Part shown: positions 1 to 17,320 of the stretch, one piece after another
Layout: each line of letters starts with the position of its first letter
Position numbering within the stretch: the first letter of the stretch is position 1
Position numbers and translations under genes: made by a program
Notes under the pieces: model-generated
Told to the model about the DNA's origin: nothing
Database searches by the model: none
Seen by the model: only the letters and a program-made list of their open reading frames with translations
NCBI RefSeq assembly: GCF_024298765.1
Contig: NZ_CP101210.1
Origin: Escherichia coli
GTDB taxonomy: Bacteria; Pseudomonadota; Gammaproteobacteria; Enterobacterales; Enterobacteriaceae
Length of the DNA stretch: 64,000 nt
Reading direction: 5' to 3' (one strand)

Positions 1-1
1 A

Positions 2-205
2 TTGATTGATGCCGCACGTAACGAAGCCGACGAAAAACTGTCTGCCGAGCTGTCTCGTCTGGAAGCGCTGCGTGCAGTTAACCCGAACATTCGTGACGAC
101 GAACTGACCGCCATTGAGAGCAACCGTCAGCAGGTAATGGAAAGCCTGGATCAGGCAGGCTGGCGTCTGGATGCCCTGCGTTTGATCGTTGTGACGCATC
201 AGTAA
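2..205 (+). CDS. rapA: RNA polymerase-associated ATPase RapA (HepA), C-terminal fragment; 5' end lies outside the window
   Basis: ORF runs in from the window edge to TAA at 203-205; sits immediately upstream of rluA as in E. coli synteny. Confidence 0.65.
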
Positions 206-216
206 CGGAGCCGAAG

Positions 217-876
217 ATGGGGATGGAAAACTACAATCCGCCGCAGGAACCCTGGCTGGTTGTCCTGTATCAGGATGACCATATTATGGTGGTCAACAAG
301 CCGAGCGGTTTGTTGTCTGTGCCGGGTCGTCTGGAAGAGCACAAAGACAGCGTGATGACGCGCATTCAGCGTGATTATCCGCAGGCAGAATCGGTGCATC
401 GTCTGGATATGGCTACCAGCGGCGTGATTGTAGTGGCGCTGACCAAAGCCGCGGAGCGGGAGTTAAAACGCCAGTTCCGCGAGCGCGAGCCTAAAAAACA
501 GTATGTGGCCCGCGTCTGGGGGCATCCATCCCCTGCGGAAGGTCTGGTGGATCTGCCGCTGATTTGCGACTGGCCAAACCGCCCGAAACAGAAAGTCTGT
601 TACGAAACAGGTAAACCTGCGCAGACGGAGTATGAAGTGGTGGAATATGCGGCGGATAACACGGCAAGAGTGGTGTTAAAACCGATTACCGGGCGTTCGC
701 ATCAGCTGCGTGTGCATATGCTGGCGCTGGGTCATCCGATTCTCGGCGATCGTTTTTATGCATCACCAGAAGCGAGAGCAATGGCACCACGTTTGTTGCT
801 ACATGCAGAGATGCTGACGATTACCCATCCGGCGTATGGCAATAGTATGACGTTTAAAGCACCAGCGGATTTTTAA
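217..876 (+). CDS. rluA: 23S rRNA/tRNA pseudouridine synthase A
   Basis: 219-aa ORF starting MGMENYNPPQEPW, recognised as RluA; correct length. Confidence 0.93.
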   Translation: MGMENYNPPQEPWLVVLYQDDHIMVVNKPSGLLSVPGRLEEHKDSVMTRIQRDYPQAESVHRLDMATSGVIVVALTKAAERELKRQFREREPKKQYVARVWGHPSPAEGLVDLPLICDWPNRPKQKVCYETGKPAQTEYEVVEYAADNTARVVLKPITGRSHQLRVHMLALGHPILGDRFYASPEARAMAPRLLLHAEMLTITHPAYGNSMTFKAPADF

Positions 877-897
877 TAGTCACGCTGGCGAAGTTCG

Positions 898-984
898 GTA
901 GGCCGGAGAAGGCGTTCACGCCGCATCCGGCAATTTTGCGCCGATTGCCTGATGCGACGCGGGCCGCGTCTTATCAGGCCTACA
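898..984. repeat. Pair of REP (repetitive extragenic palindromic) elements between convergent rluA and djlA
   Basis: Motifs GCCGGATGCGGCGTGAACGCC and CCTGATGCGACGC...GTCTTATCAGGCCTAC typical of E. coli REP. Confidence 0.6.
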
Positions 985-993
985 CGTTGAAAC

Positions 994-1809
994 TTATTTA
1001 AACCCTTTCTGCTGCTTTATCAGCTCATAGGCCTGCTGAATTTCCTGCGCTTTCTGCTTCGCCATCTCCATCATCTCTGGCGGCAAACCTTTCGCCACCA
1101 ACTTATCGGGATGGTGTTCACTCATCAGCTTACGGTAGGCACGTTTGATGGTGGTCGCATCATCCGTCGGCTTCACGCCCAGCACATTACAGGCATCTTC
1201 CAGCGTCGGGCCACGCTGCGCTTGCTGCCAGTTACCACCGCCAGATTGCTGCTGATAACCGCCACCAAACTGTGCACCGCCCTGCATCATGCGCAAAAAC
1301 TGGTCAAACTGAGCGCGGGAGATCCCTAATTCTTCAGCAATGACATACAGCACCGCCCGTTCATTCGGGTGCAGTGAACCATCAGCAAACGCCGCCTGAA
1401 TCTGGATCTCCAGAAACATACGAATTAAGTCAAAACGACCAAAGCAGACACTGCGAAACTGGCGCATCTTTTCGCGCAGCGGGTAATTGTCTGATTTTCC
1501 CACCCGGAACGCATTTTGCGCCGCAGTACGGGAAGCGCCATGAAGGTTCATTCGGTCCATCAACTGGCTGGCGATATGAATATCAGCTTCCGTGACGCGA
1601 CCTTTGGATTTGGTTAAATGCCCCATCACTTCAAAAGTGGTGGCAAAAAACAGCGCCTGACGCTCACGCTGGTTGGCGAACCACGCCATTTTACGGCTAC
1701 GGGCTTTATCAAACATATGGCCAATTAACAGGCCCAATACTACGCCCCAAAAGCCGACGCCCATTATTAAGGCCACGGCCACGCCAATGATTTTTCCCCA
1801 ATACTGCAT
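994..1809 (-). CDS. djlA: DnaJ-like membrane co-chaperone DjlA
   Basis: ORF 994-1902; start placed at internal ATG ([14 protein letters not shown]) to give 271 aa; C-terminal J-domain (HPDK). Confidence 0.9.
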   Translation of the reverse strand: MQYWGKIIGVAVALIMGVGFWGVVLGLLIGHMFDKARSRKMAWFANQRERQALFFATTFEVMGHLTKSKGRVTEADIHIASQLMDRMNLHGASRTAAQNAFRVGKSDNYPLREKMRQFRSVCFGRFDLIRMFLEIQIQAAFADGSLHPNERAVLYVIAEELGISRAQFDQFLRMMQGGAQFGGGYQQQSGGGNWQQAQRGPTLEDACNVLGVKPTDDATTIKRAYRKLMSEHHPDKLVAKGLPPEMMEMAKQKAQEIQQAYELIKQQKGFK

Positions 1810-2063
1810 ATATTCCCCAAATCGACACACGGATATCAGGGCTATCTCCCACAATATAAAGGCGCTTTTACCCATTTCTGGCTGCGGTCTATTGTGAGAC
1901 ATCGCCTATAATTTGCATTATCATACCTGTCATTCAATGCCGTGCCTAACACCACAGACGCTATTCGGACAGGATTAACACTAGCGTAGAGATGACGAGT
2001 ACGTTAGTCTCTGACCGTTTGTCACGCGCAACGTTACCGATGATGGAACAATAAAATCAACGT

Positions 2064-4418
2064 ATGAAAAAACGTATCCCCACTCTCCTGGCCACCATGA
2101 TTGCCACCGCCCTTTATAGTCAACAGGGACTGGCAGCCGACCTCGCCTCACAGTGCATGTTGGGCGTGCCAAGCTATGACCGTCCTCTGGTACAGGGCGA
2201 TACCAATGACTTACCCGTGACTATCAATGCTGACCACGCGAAAGGGGACTACCCGGATGACGCCGTGTTTACTGGCAGCGTGGATATCATGCAGGGTAAC
2301 AGCCGTCTGCAGGCCGACGAAGTGCAGCTCCATCAAAAAGAGGCACCAGGACAACCGGAGCCGGTGCGTACCGTTGATGCGCTCGGTAATGTCCATTACG
2401 ACGATAACCAGGTGATCCTCAAAGGGCCGAAAGGCTGGGCGAATCTGAACACCAAAGATACCAACGTCTGGGAGGGTGATTACCAGATGGTGGGTCGCCA
2501 GGGCCGCGGTAAAGCGGACCTGATGAAACAACGTGGCGAAAACCGCTATACCATTCTGGATAACGGTAGCTTTACCTCCTGTCTGCCGGGTTCTGATACC
2601 TGGAGCGTGGTAGGTAGCGAAATTATTCATGACCGCGAAGAACAAGTTGCGGAGATCTGGAACGCCCGCTTTAAGGTGGGTCCGGTACCGATCTTTTATA
2701 GCCCCTATTTGCAGTTGCCGGTGGGTGACAAACGTCGCTCTGGTTTCTTGATCCCGAACGCCAAGTACACCACCACCAACTACTTTGAGTTCTACCTGCC
2801 ATATTACTGGAACATCGCGCCAAATATGGATGCCACCATCACGCCGCATTATATGCATCGTCGTGGCAATATCATGTGGGAGAACGAATTCCGCTACCTC
2901 TCCCAGGCGGGCGCTGGCTTGATGGAACTGGACTATCTGCCTTCAGATAAAGTCTATGAAGATGAACACCCGAACGATGACAGTTCACGTCGTTGGTTGT
3001 TCTACTGGAAACACTCCGGGGTCATGGATCAGGTGTGGCGTTTCAACGTCGACTACACCAAAGTCAGCGATCCTAGCTACTTCAATGATTTCGATAACAA
3101 ATACGGTTCCAGTACCGACGGCTACGCAACGCAAAAATTCAGCATTGGCTATGCGGTGCAGAACTTCAATGCCACCGTTTCAACCAAGCAGTTCCAGGTC
3201 TTCAGCGAGCAGAACACCAGTAGCTACTCGGCAGAGCCGCAGTTAGACGTTAACTACTACCAGAATGATGTTGGTCCGTTTGATACGCGTATTTACGGCC
3301 AGGCAGTGCACTTTGTTAACACCAGAGATGACATGCCAGAGGCGACTCGTGTTCACCTGGAACCGACCATCAATCTGCCGCTCTCTAATAACTGGGGCAG
3401 CATCAATACTGAAGCGAAGTTGCTGGCAACCCATTATCAGCAAACCAATCTTGACTGGTATAACTCCAGAAACACGACCAGGCTGGCAGAGTCCGCTAAC
3501 CGTGTAATGCCGCAGTTCAAGGTAGACGGTAGAATGGTCTTCGAGCGTGATATGGAAATGCTGGCGCCGGGCTATACCCAGACACTGGAACCACGCGCGC
3601 AGTATCTGTATGTGCCATATCGCGATCAGAGCAAAATCTATAACTACGACTCTTCGCTGCTGCAATCTGACTACTCCGGCCTGTTCCGGGACCGGACTTA
3701 CGGCGGTCTTGACCGTATTGCCTCCGCTAACCAGGTGACGACCGGTGTCACATCTCGCATATATGATGATGCTGCCGTTGAACGTTTTAATATTTCCGTT
3801 GGTCAAATCTACTATTTCACGGAGTCTCGCACTGGCGATGACAACATAACATGGGAGAATGACGACAAAACGGGCTCACTGGTATGGGCAGGCGATACTT
3901 ACTGGCGCATCTCTGATCGTTGGGGATTGCGTGGCGGGATTCAGTACGATACACGTCTGGATAACGTAGCGACCAGTAACTCCAGCATTGAATACCGTCG
4001 GGATGAAGACCGTCTGGTACAGCTGAATTACCGTTACGCCAGCCCGGAATATATTCAGGCAACGCTGCCTAAGTACTATTCCACTGCTGAGCAATATAAG
4101 AATGGTATTTCGCAGGTAGGAGCCGTCGCCAGCTGGCCAATTGCCGATCGTTGGTCCATTGTTGGGGCCTACTACTACGACACCAATGCGAACAAGCAAG
4201 CCGACTCTATGTTAGGTGTGCAATACAGCTCCTGCTGCTATGCGATTCGCGTCGGTTACGAGCGGAAGCTGAACGGTTGGGATAACGATAAACAACATGC
4301 GGTATATGACAACGCAATCGGCTTTAACATCGAACTTCGCGGCCTGAGCTCCAACTACGGTCTGGGTACGCAAGAGATGCTGCGTTCGAACATTCTGCCG
4401 TATCAAAACACTTTGTGA
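2064..4418 (+). CDS. lptD: LPS assembly outer membrane protein LptD
   Basis: 784-aa ORF, signal peptide, recognised LptD sequence; upstream of surA. Confidence 0.95.
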   Translation: MKKRIPTLLATMIATALYSQQGLAADLASQCMLGVPSYDRPLVQGDTNDLPVTINADHAKGDYPDDAVFTGSVDIMQGNSRLQADEVQLHQKEAPGQPEPVRTVDALGNVHYDDNQVILKGPKGWANLNTKDTNVWEGDYQMVGRQGRGKADLMKQRGENRYTILDNGSFTSCLPGSDTWSVVGSEIIHDREEQVAEIWNARFKVGPVPIFYSPYLQLPVGDKRRSGFLIPNAKYTTTNYFEFYLPYYWNIAPNMDATITPHYMHRRGNIMWENEFRYLSQAGAGLMELDYLPSDKVYEDEHPNDDSSRRWLFYWKHSGVMDQVWRFNVDYTKVSDPSYFNDFDNKYGSSTDGYATQKFSIGYAVQNFNATVSTKQFQVFSEQNTSSYSAEPQLDVNYYQNDVGPFDTRIYGQAVHFVNTRDDMPEATRVHLEPTINLPLSNNWGSINTEAKLLATHYQQTNLDWYNSRNTTRLAESANRVMPQFKVDGRMVFERDMEMLAPGYTQTLEPRAQYLYVPYRDQSKIYNYDSSLLQSDYSGLFRDRTYGGLDRIASANQVTTGVTSRIYDDAAVERFNISVGQIYYFTESRTGDDNITWENDDKTGSLVWAGDTYWRISDRWGLRGGIQYDTRLDNVATSNSSIEYRRDEDRLVQLNYRYASPEYIQATLPKYYSTAEQYKNGISQVGAVASWPIADRWSIVGAYYYDTNANKQADSMLGVQYSSCCYAIRVGYERKLNGWDNDKQHAVYDNAIGFNIELRGLSSNYGLGTQEMLRSNILPYQNTL

Positions 4419-4470
4419 TTTGTTGATTTACCACGTAATCCGCAGTGCGGTTAATTGAAATGGAAAAAGT

Positions 4471-7564
<3,094 letters not shown>

Positions 7565-7566
7565 CG

Positions 7567-7944
7567 ATGATCAATTCGCCCCGAGTGTGTATTCAGGTTC
7601 AAAGCGTCTACATTGAGGCACAATCTTCACCTGATAATGAACGTTACGTTTTTGCTTATACCGTAACCATACGCAATCTGGGGCGAGCGCCAGTGCAGTT
7701 GTTGGGGCGTTACTGGCTGATCACCAATGGCAATGGCCGTGAAACCGAAGTCCAGGGCGAAGGAGTGGTTGGCGTCCAGCCACTTATCGCACCTGGCGAA
7801 GAGTACCAGTACACCAGCGGTGCAATCATTGAAACCCCGCTGGGCACCATGCAGGGTCACTACGAAATGATCGATGAAAATGGCGTCCCTTTCAGCATCG
7901 ACATTCCCGTATTCCGACTCGCCGTTCCCACACTCATTCATTAA
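7567..7944 (+). CDS. apaG: ApaG (DUF525) protein
   Basis: ATG at 7567 gives 125 aa starting [10 protein letters not shown]; the longer ORF from 7513 overlaps rsmA and is rejected. Confidence 0.9.
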   Translation: MINSPRVCIQVQSVYIEAQSSPDNERYVFAYTVTIRNLGRAPVQLLGRYWLITNGNGRETEVQGEGVVGVQPLIAPGEEYQYTSGAIIETPLGTMQGHYEMIDENGVPFSIDIPVFRLAVPTLIH

Positions 7945-7950
7945 AAGAAT

Positions 7951-8799
7951 ATGGCGACATACCTTATTGGCGACGTTCATGGTTGTTACGATGAACTGAT
8001 CGCATTGCTGCATAAAGTAGAATTTACCCCTGGGAAAGATACCCTCTGGCTGACGGGCGATCTGGTCGCGCGCGGCCCGGGTTCGCTGGATGTTCTGCGC
8101 TATGTGAAATCCTTAGGCGACAGCGTACGTCTGGTGCTGGGCAATCACGATCTGCATCTGCTGGCGGTATTTGCCGGGATCAGCCGCAATAAACCGAAAG
8201 ATCGCCTGACACCGCTGCTGGAAGCGCCGGATGCCGACGAGCTGCTTAACTGGCTGCGTCGCCAGCCTCTGCTGCAAATCGACGAAGAGAAAAAGCTGGT
8301 GATGGCCCACGCCGGGATCACGCCACAGTGGGATCTACAGACCGCCAAAGAGTGCGCGCGCGATGTAGAAGCGGTGCTGTCGAGCGACTCCTACCCCTTC
8401 TTCCTTGATGCCATGTACGGCGATATGCCAAATAACTGGTCACCGGAATTGCGGGGGCTGGGAAGACTGCGGTTTATCACCAACGCCTTTACCCGTATGC
8501 GTTTTTGCTTCCCGAACGGTCAACTGGATATGTACAGCAAAGAATCGCCGGAAGAGGCCCCTGCCCCACTGAAACCGTGGTTTGCGATTCCTGGCCCTGT
8601 CGCTGAAGAGTACAGCATCGCCTTTGGTCACTGGGCATCGCTGGAAGGCAAAGGTACGCCGGAAGGTATTTACGCGCTGGATACTGGCTGCTGCTGGGGT
8701 GGTACATTAACCTGCCTGCGCTGGGAAGATAAACAGTATTTTGTCCAGCCGTCGAACCGGCATAAAGATATGGGTGAGGGAGAGGCGGCTGCGTCTTAA
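7951..8799 (+). CDS. apaH: Diadenosine tetraphosphatase (symmetrical)
   Basis: 282-aa ORF, metallophosphatase motifs (GDVHG, GNHD). Confidence 0.95.
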   Translation: MATYLIGDVHGCYDELIALLHKVEFTPGKDTLWLTGDLVARGPGSLDVLRYVKSLGDSVRLVLGNHDLHLLAVFAGISRNKPKDRLTPLLEAPDADELLNWLRRQPLLQIDEEKKLVMAHAGITPQWDLQTAKECARDVEAVLSSDSYPFFLDAMYGDMPNNWSPELRGLGRLRFITNAFTRMRFCFPNGQLDMYSKESPEEAPAPLKPWFAIPGPVAEEYSIAFGHWASLEGKGTPEGIYALDTGCCWGGTLTCLRWEDKQYFVQPSNRHKDMGEGEAAAS

Positions 8800-9097
8800 A
8801 TCCCGTCGAGCATAAAATCTAATGCTCCTTTAATCAACGTTCGGTGCGCGCTGGCATCGCAAAATTTCGTTCCCAGCGCGTTAACTGGAACAGTTGCAGT
8901 CTCATGCGTCATGAGCCGTCTACCAGTAAAAGGATTGTGTTAAGCCGTTCTGGAGGGCGAATACGGATAAATCGTTCAATAGGTGTTAATGGAATAACAA
9001 TACGGCGATTAATCTCACCAATAATGTCGCTGGTAACATCGATAACAAAGGGAAACGCGGCGTTCCTGCCGCGACTGCGGTATACCGTAAATTGCAT
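8796..9097 (-). pseudogene. ccdB: ccdB-like gyrase-poison toxin gene, frameshifted: N-terminal 62 codons 9097-8912 then TGA; C-terminal part continues in another frame 8912-8796
   Basis: N-terminal ORF MQFTVYRSRGRNAAFPFVIDVTSDIIGEINRRIVIPL aligns with F-plasmid CcdB; conserved C-terminus [38 protein letters not shown] is read in a different frame immediately downstream. Confidence 0.7.
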
Positions 9098-9099
9098 CG

Positions 9100-9333
9100 C
9101 TAGAAGCTCCGGTACTCATCAGAGAAACATCCGGTTTCATCAGCCAATTGATTTAACGCAGCGATAGCTTCTGCGTTCTCTTCACGCCAACGTATTGCTG
9201 CATGTTTTTTAAGTTCAGCATTGAGCGCAACCGTAAGGGTGGCGCTCATATTTAAGCCTGCATCACGAGCGCGATTGACTAACTCACGGTCGACGGTGAC
9301 GGTCACACTTTGTGTGGTACGTTTTGCAGTCAT
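9100..9333 (-). CDS. ccdA: CcdA-like antitoxin
   Basis: 77-aa ORF with VTVTVD...W.EEN motif pattern similar to F-plasmid CcdA; stop is 2 nt before the ccdB-like ATG. Confidence 0.8.
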   Translation of the reverse strand: MTAKRTTQSVTVTVDRELVNRARDAGLNMSATLTVALNAELKKHAAIRWREENAEAIAALNQLADETGCFSDEYRSF

Positions 9334-9418
9334 GATATCGTGCTCCTGTACAATTTATACGTCTAGTAAACACGGATATCTGCACGTATCAGTGATGCCG
9401 GAATTCTAATATACAAAA

Positions 9419-11944
<2,526 letters not shown>

Positions 11945-11952
<8 letters not shown>

Positions 11953-12475
11953 GATGTGCCTCCTGCCATTCCAGCAGACGTTGCTTATAGTGCCGCGCCT
12001 GCCCTTCGAGGGTTTCGTCGTCACAAATAAAGGTGCAGTGCATGGCAAACGGTGGCAGCCAGTTCAGCCCGCAGTAGATTGCCGTCGCCTGTAGCGGCTG
12101 TGACAGCACATCAAAGCCCGGATGCGCACCAATCTCAAAATGGCTTTCCCCACCGCCGGTCGTCACCGCCCACAGTAAATGTTTGCCATGCAGCGCCGTG
12201 CCGCCGTGACCGTAAGCCCAGCCGTGCGAGAAGACTTTATCGATCCAAAGTTTAAGAAGCGGAGGAATGCTGTACCACTGCATCGGGTGCTGCCAGACGA
12301 TCAGATCGGCGCGAGACAGCGCCTCCTGCTCGGCGGCAATATCGATATTGAAGTCAGGATAGAGTTGATAAAGAGAGCGAATTTCGACGCCTTCCAGCGT
12401 CCTTGCCTGTTCAAGCATCCGTTTATTCGCATGGGAATGATGCGGATACGGATGCGCATAAATTATAAGAATCAT
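11945..12475 (-). CDS. kefF: KefC ancillary protein / quinone oxidoreductase KefF
   Basis: 176-aa ORF, flavodoxin-like; overlaps kefC start. Confidence 0.95.
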
Positions 12476-12582
12476 AGGTAGCCCGCGTGATTACGCCTTT
12501 GTTTTCCCACAAAGTGTAGTCATATATTCACGCGGCTTATAGTCAATAATATTGATTCAGAAAAGAGAGAAATCTGAACAAA

Positions 12583-13914
12583 TTACCCCATTCTCTGCCC
12601 GCGGATCGTCATATTGCTGGTCTGCGCCAGTGACATCCCTCGAGTCTCCGGGGCAAACGCTACGGAAATCAACAAGCCAAACAGCGAGATACCCGCCCCC
12701 ATTAGCATCGTGTTACTGATACCGTAATTATTGATAAAGATCGGCAGTGCCCAGGTCGAAACAATAGTGCCAATACGGCTTAAGGACATAATCACGCCCA
12801 CGGCAGAGGCGCGGATATCCGTCGGGAAGAGTTCATTAGGATAGAGCCACTGCAAATTACCCGGCCCGCCAGAGAAAAAGGCATACACCGCAAATGCCAT
12901 CACTACCAGCCAGATCCCCATATCCGGGATCAGCCCCAAAACCGCCAGCGCCAGCGTCATCATGGCAAAGCTGCCAATCAACAATGGACGCCGTCCGGCA
13001 GTGTTTAGCCACAGCATCGGTGGAATACAGCCGAGCATAAAGAACAGGCTAATCACCACGTTCCCCAGTGCCGCGTTTTTGCCAACACCCAATCCCAACA
13101 AACCAACGATTTGCGGGCCAAAGGTGTAGATGGCGAACATCGGGATCACCTGGCAGGTCCAGATGGCGGCAACAAACAGAACAAAAGGAAAATGGCGGCG
13201 ATTAAACAGATCGCGAAAACGGGTTTGCTGCGGCTGCTCTTCATCGAAAGCCACCGGTTCGCCAAACAGTTTGATCATCATCTCTTCGCACTCTTTTACT
13301 CGCCCTTTGCGTAACAACCAGCGGGGAGATTCAGGCAGTTCGAATCGACCAATCAAAATCAACAAACAGGGGATCGCTGCGCTACCCAGCATCCAGCGCC
13401 AACCACCTTCCACATCATAAAGCCAGTAACCGACCAGATCGGCGCAGGTCGCGCCGACATACCACATCGCGGCAATAAAGCTGATGGAAAACGCCCGCTG
13501 ACGGGTACTGGAGAACTCAGTGATCATCGAAGTGGCGATGGGATAATCTGCACCGATGACAATGCCGATGAGTACCCGCATCACTAACAGTTCGACGGGG
13601 GATGAGACAAACATCGTCGCCACCGATATCACGCCGATGGCGATGATATCGATGAGGAACATTTTGCGCCGTCCGACTTTATCGGAGATATAGCCAAACA
13701 GCGATGTGCCAACGAACAGCCCGGCGAGCGTTCCCGCGCCCAGCAAGCCAATCCAGTCAGCGTCCAGTTTCAGCGCCGGAGTCAGTTGCTCCAGCGCCAC
13801 GCCAATCATTACCAGTACATAACCATCCAGAAACGGACCACCGCTTCCCCACAGCAAAATGCGGCGGTGAATAGAAGAGAATTTAAGATCGTCAAAGTTT
13901 CTGGACGGTTGCAT
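12583..13914 (-). CDS. yaaU: MFS-family transporter
   Basis: 443-aa ORF with multiple hydrophobic segments; position between kefF and fixX. Confidence 0.88.
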   Translation of the reverse strand: MQPSRNFDDLKFSSIHRRILLWGSGGPFLDGYVLVMIGVALEQLTPALKLDADWIGLLGAGTLAGLFVGTSLFGYISDKVGRRKMFLIDIIAIGVISVATMFVSSPVELLVMRVLIGIVIGADYPIATSMITEFSSTRQRAFSISFIAAMWYVGATCADLVGYWLYDVEGGWRWMLGSAAIPCLLILIGRFELPESPRWLLRKGRVKECEEMMIKLFGEPVAFDEEQPQQTRFRDLFNRRHFPFVLFVAAIWTCQVIPMFAIYTFGPQIVGLLGLGVGKNAALGNVVISLFFMLGCIPPMLWLNTAGRRPLLIGSFAMMTLALAVLGLIPDMGIWLVVMAFAVYAFFSGGPGNLQWLYPNELFPTDIRASAVGVIMSLSRIGTIVSTWALPIFINNYGISNTMLMGAGISLFGLLISVAFAPETRGMSLAQTSNMTIRGQRMG

Positions 13915-13972
13915 GGGTTATTCCTGTTTTTTTGCAATGAGAGTCAGTACGGCGTTACGTATCAAACCAACA

Positions 13973-14260
13973 TCAGCCGTAACGGAACTCCACACCAAAG
14001 GTGCCGCGCGGGTATTCCCACTGTTCCAGCGCCGACCCCAGCCCCAGAATGCGACAGGTGCCGCACTCCAGACATCCGGCGTAATCGAAGCGCACACTGC
14101 CGTCATCCTGCTTCTTGTACAGACCTGCGGGGCACGCTTTCACCAGCAGCTCCAGGGCCTGTTTATCTGCATCGGCCTTCACAACGATGTGCGGATGCTC
14201 TTCATCGACATTGAATTTATTGACGCCCAGTTTGACGTCCACATTGACGGGAGAAGTCAT
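13973..14260 (-). CDS. fixX: Ferredoxin-like protein FixX
   Basis: 95-aa ORF with Cys motifs; overlaps fixC stop. Confidence 0.9.
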   Translation of the reverse strand: MTSPVNVDVKLGVNKFNVDEEHPHIVVKADADKQALELLVKACPAGLYKKQDDGSVRFDYAGCLECGTCRILGLGSALEQWEYPRGTFGVEFRYG

Positions 14261-15543
14261 AAAACGGTCACTCCTTTCATGCCATCCTTGATCAGATTGA
14301 TTAAGCCCACTTTCTTGCCGTGGCGGAGGATTTTCTTGCGCATCAGTTCCGGCGCACTGCCGTCAATGGTGAACAGGTCACGCGCCACGCCCACCGCCAG
14401 TTCCGGGTAGCCGCTAAACATGCGTGGGTTATCAAGGAACGCCGGTAGTTTCTGGTACATGCGCATATCGCGCAGCGGGCCACTCTCAAGATGCTGACGA
14501 TATTCCGCGAGTTTTTGCTTACTGAAATCGTCGCTTTTCATCGCTGAAAGCACAGTTTTTGCTGCTGCTTCCCCGGCGGCAATCGCCAGATCCATACCGC
14601 GAATGGTAAAACCGAGGTTCATACACATTCCGGCAGCATCACCGGCAATCAATACGCCGTCACCAACCAACTCCGGCAGCATGTTGATACCTGCTTCCGG
14701 CACTACGTGAGCGGAATATTCCACCAGCTTGCCGCCCGCGATCAGCGGTGCAACGGCCGGATGTTGTTTGAAATCTTCCAGCATTTGCGGCACCGATTTT
14801 TTTGCGTCATGCAGATGATGCAAACCACAAACCAGCCCCAGCGACAGGGTATTTTCATTGGTATAAAGGAAGCCACCGCCCATCAGGCCATCGGTGGGTG
14901 ATCCCGCAAACAGGCAAGCCGCGCCCTGATTACCCTGCAACTGAAAACGGTCTTCGATAACCGACTTCGGTAACTCGATCAGTTCCTTTACGCCAACCGC
15001 CACATCCGTCGGTTTAACGCGTTTTGCCATCCCCAGCTTTTCGGCAAGGATGGAATTCACCCCATCAGCAAGGATCACCGTTTTCGCTTCAATCACATCG
15101 CCATCGGCTTCTACACCGACGACTTTGCCATCGCGCTGTACGAGGTTATCGACGCGGATCCCGGTAATTAACTGCGCGCCCGCTTCTTCAGCCTGCTCCA
15201 TCAGCCAGGCATCAAATTTACTGCGCAAAACGGAGTAAGAACGCTGGGATGGCGAGGTTTCGTCGCCATTGCAGTAGTCCATAGTCATCGCTGACTTTTC
15301 CGTCATAAACGCGAGTTTTTCATGGGTGATCAGGCGTTCTACGGGGGCGGAGTCAGCGAAACCAGGAATAATGTGTTCCAGACTGTGGGCATAGAGACGC
15401 CCGCCGGTGACGTTCTTGGCACCTGCGGAATTGCCTCGCTCGATAACTAACACTTGCGCACCTTCGCGGGCGAGCACTAGTGCGGCAACCGAACCGGCAA
15501 GCCCTGCACCGACGATGATGGCGTCAAAGATATCTTCGGACAT
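14257..15543 (-). CDS. fixC: Flavoprotein oxidoreductase FixC
   Basis: 428-aa ORF with N-terminal FAD-binding GAGLAG motif. Confidence 0.93.
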   Translation of the reverse strand: MSEDIFDAIIVGAGLAGSVAALVLAREGAQVLVIERGNSAGAKNVTGGRLYAHSLEHIIPGFADSAPVERLITHEKLAFMTEKSAMTMDYCNGDETSPSQRSYSVLRSKFDAWLMEQAEEAGAQLITGIRVDNLVQRDGKVVGVEADGDVIEAKTVILADGVNSILAEKLGMAKRVKPTDVAVGVKELIELPKSVIEDRFQLQGNQGAACLFAGSPTDGLMGGGFLYTNENTLSLGLVCGLHHLHDAKKSVPQMLEDFKQHPAVAPLIAGGKLVEYSAHVVPEAGINMLPELVGDGVLIAGDAAGMCMNLGFTIRGMDLAIAAGEAAAKTVLSAMKSDDFSKQKLAEYRQHLESGPLRDMRMYQKLPAFLDNPRMFSGYPELAVGVARDLFTIDGSAPELMRKKILRHGKKVGLINLIKDGMKGVTVL

Positions 15544-15593
15544 AAGAGCTCCCTGTCAGCGGCAGGGCCAAAATGCAGCCCTGCCAGAGTGGA

Positions 15594-16535
15594 TCAACGC
15601 GCTAAAGCTGCGGTCAGTGCCGGAAGGATCTTCACGGCGTCGCCAACAATGCCGTAATCCGCGTACTGGAAGATCGGCGCATTTTTATCTTTGTTGATGG
15701 CGAAAATGGTTTGCGACGCATTAGCGCCAACCATGTGCTGGATCTGCCCGGAGATCCCCACCGCCAGGTACAGTTCAGGTTTCAGCATCAGGTTGGAGAT
15801 ACCGACATAGCGTTCGTGCTCCATCCATTTTTCGTTTTCCGCCACCGGACGAGAACAGGCCAACTCCGCACCTATCGCCTTGCAAAGCTGTTCTGCCAGC
15901 GCAATGTTCTCTTTGCTGCCAATACCGCGACCAACGCTGACCACCAGGCGGGCTTTGTCGAGATCGACGCTGTTGCTCTGACGCGCCTGGGTTGCCGTGC
16001 GGGTAATCGCCACAGCCGGAGCCTGCCACTCCACGGTGTGCGTTTCGCCAGTGCGTGACGCGTCTGGCTGAGCCACATCGAACGTGCCGCTGCTGATGGT
16101 CAGAACCGCATACGGCGTGGCAATGCGTTCTTCGCCAATCGCCAGACCGCCGTAAACCATGTGTTTCACTGTCGCTTTACCGTCCTGCACGCTAACAGCG
16201 CTGGCATCGTTAGACACCGCCGCGTTAAGGCGGTAACCCAGTTTCGCCGCCAGTAATTTGCCGCGACGGGTGTTTGGCAACAGCACCAGACCGTCTGCGC
16301 CGTGCTGGCGAATAGTGTCAGCCATGACACCGGCGTAATCTTCGATCATCCGCTCGTCCGGTTTGCCGCTTAATTTCCAGACATGATTAGCACCGAGCTG
16401 GATTGCCTGTGCGCCGTCGGCATCATTGAGGACGAACGTGTTGATTTGATTAGCTAAAGCCTGCGCACCGTTCATCAGTTCCGGCAGACGAGAAGGGGTA
16501 TCGCTGAATACCCAGACTTGAGAAAACGTGTTCAT
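15594..16535 (-). CDS. fixB: Electron transfer flavoprotein alpha-subunit homologue FixB
   Basis: 313-aa ORF; synteny in fixABCX. Confidence 0.93.
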   Translation of the reverse strand: MNTFSQVWVFSDTPSRLPELMNGAQALANQINTFVLNDADGAQAIQLGANHVWKLSGKPDERMIEDYAGVMADTIRQHGADGLVLLPNTRRGKLLAAKLGYRLNAAVSNDASAVSVQDGKATVKHMVYGGLAIGEERIATPYAVLTISSGTFDVAQPDASRTGETHTVEWQAPAVAITRTATQARQSNSVDLDKARLVVSVGRGIGSKENIALAEQLCKAIGAELACSRPVAENEKWMEHERYVGISNLMLKPELYLAVGISGQIQHMVGANASQTIFAINKDKNAPIFQYADYGIVGDAVKILPALTAALAR

Positions 16536-16549
16536 AGCATCCCCTGTAA

Positions 16550-17320
16550 TTAAATGACTTTGCGAAGATTTTCAGCAAATGCGGCGATCTGTTCTTCGCC
16601 GTCGCCTTCAATCACGATGCGCTGACGCTCGCGCTGTTTCGGCGCGGCAACCTGTTGTTCTGACCAGGCTGCCTCTGCGTTAAAACCGATATCCGCCGCC
16701 GACCATACCTGGACTGGCTTTTTCGCCGCGCCGAGAATGGCTTTCATCGAAGGAATTTGTGGGGAGTTGATATCAGTGGAAACAGCAACAACCGCAGGCA
16801 GCGGAATGCTTAAGGTTTCTGTTTCATCTTCCAGTTCGCGCTCAACGGTGAGGGTATCTGCAGTCAGGGAGATAATTTTGCTGACGCCGTTAACTGCCGG
16901 AATATTAAGGATTTCGCCTACCAGCAAACCAACCTGCTGGGCATAAAGGTCGGAAGAACCATCGCCACAGAGGATCAAATCAAAGCCTGCTTTCTGAGCG
17001 GCTGCAGCCAGTACGCTCGCCGTTTGTTGCGGCAGTGCCTGCTCGAACTGGTCATCAATCACCACAATCAGTTCATCCGGACCGCGCGATAGCACATCTT
17101 TACGCCCTTTGGCGTTGGTCAGGGCTTTACCGCCCACACTTAAGGCCGTCACCTGCGCCTCTGCTGCCTGTTGCTTTAGCTGGCAAGCCGCTTCAATAGC
17201 GTTGAGATCGTATTGGCTTATTTTGGCATCGGCTTTGCTGAAGTCTAACGAACCATCAGCATTATTGACCGCAATATCCTGTTCATCAGGCACGCACTTA
17301 TAGCAAGTAATAATCTTCAT
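16550..17320 (-). CDS. fixA: Electron transfer flavoprotein beta-subunit homologue FixA
   Basis: 256 aa from ATG at 17320 ([15 protein letters not shown]). Confidence 0.93.

Noticed and set aside
8844-9167. 107-aa plus-strand ORF in the folA-apaH insertion
   Set aside because: Antisense to the ccdA/ccdB-like frames, which have clear family similarity; the plus-strand frame does not
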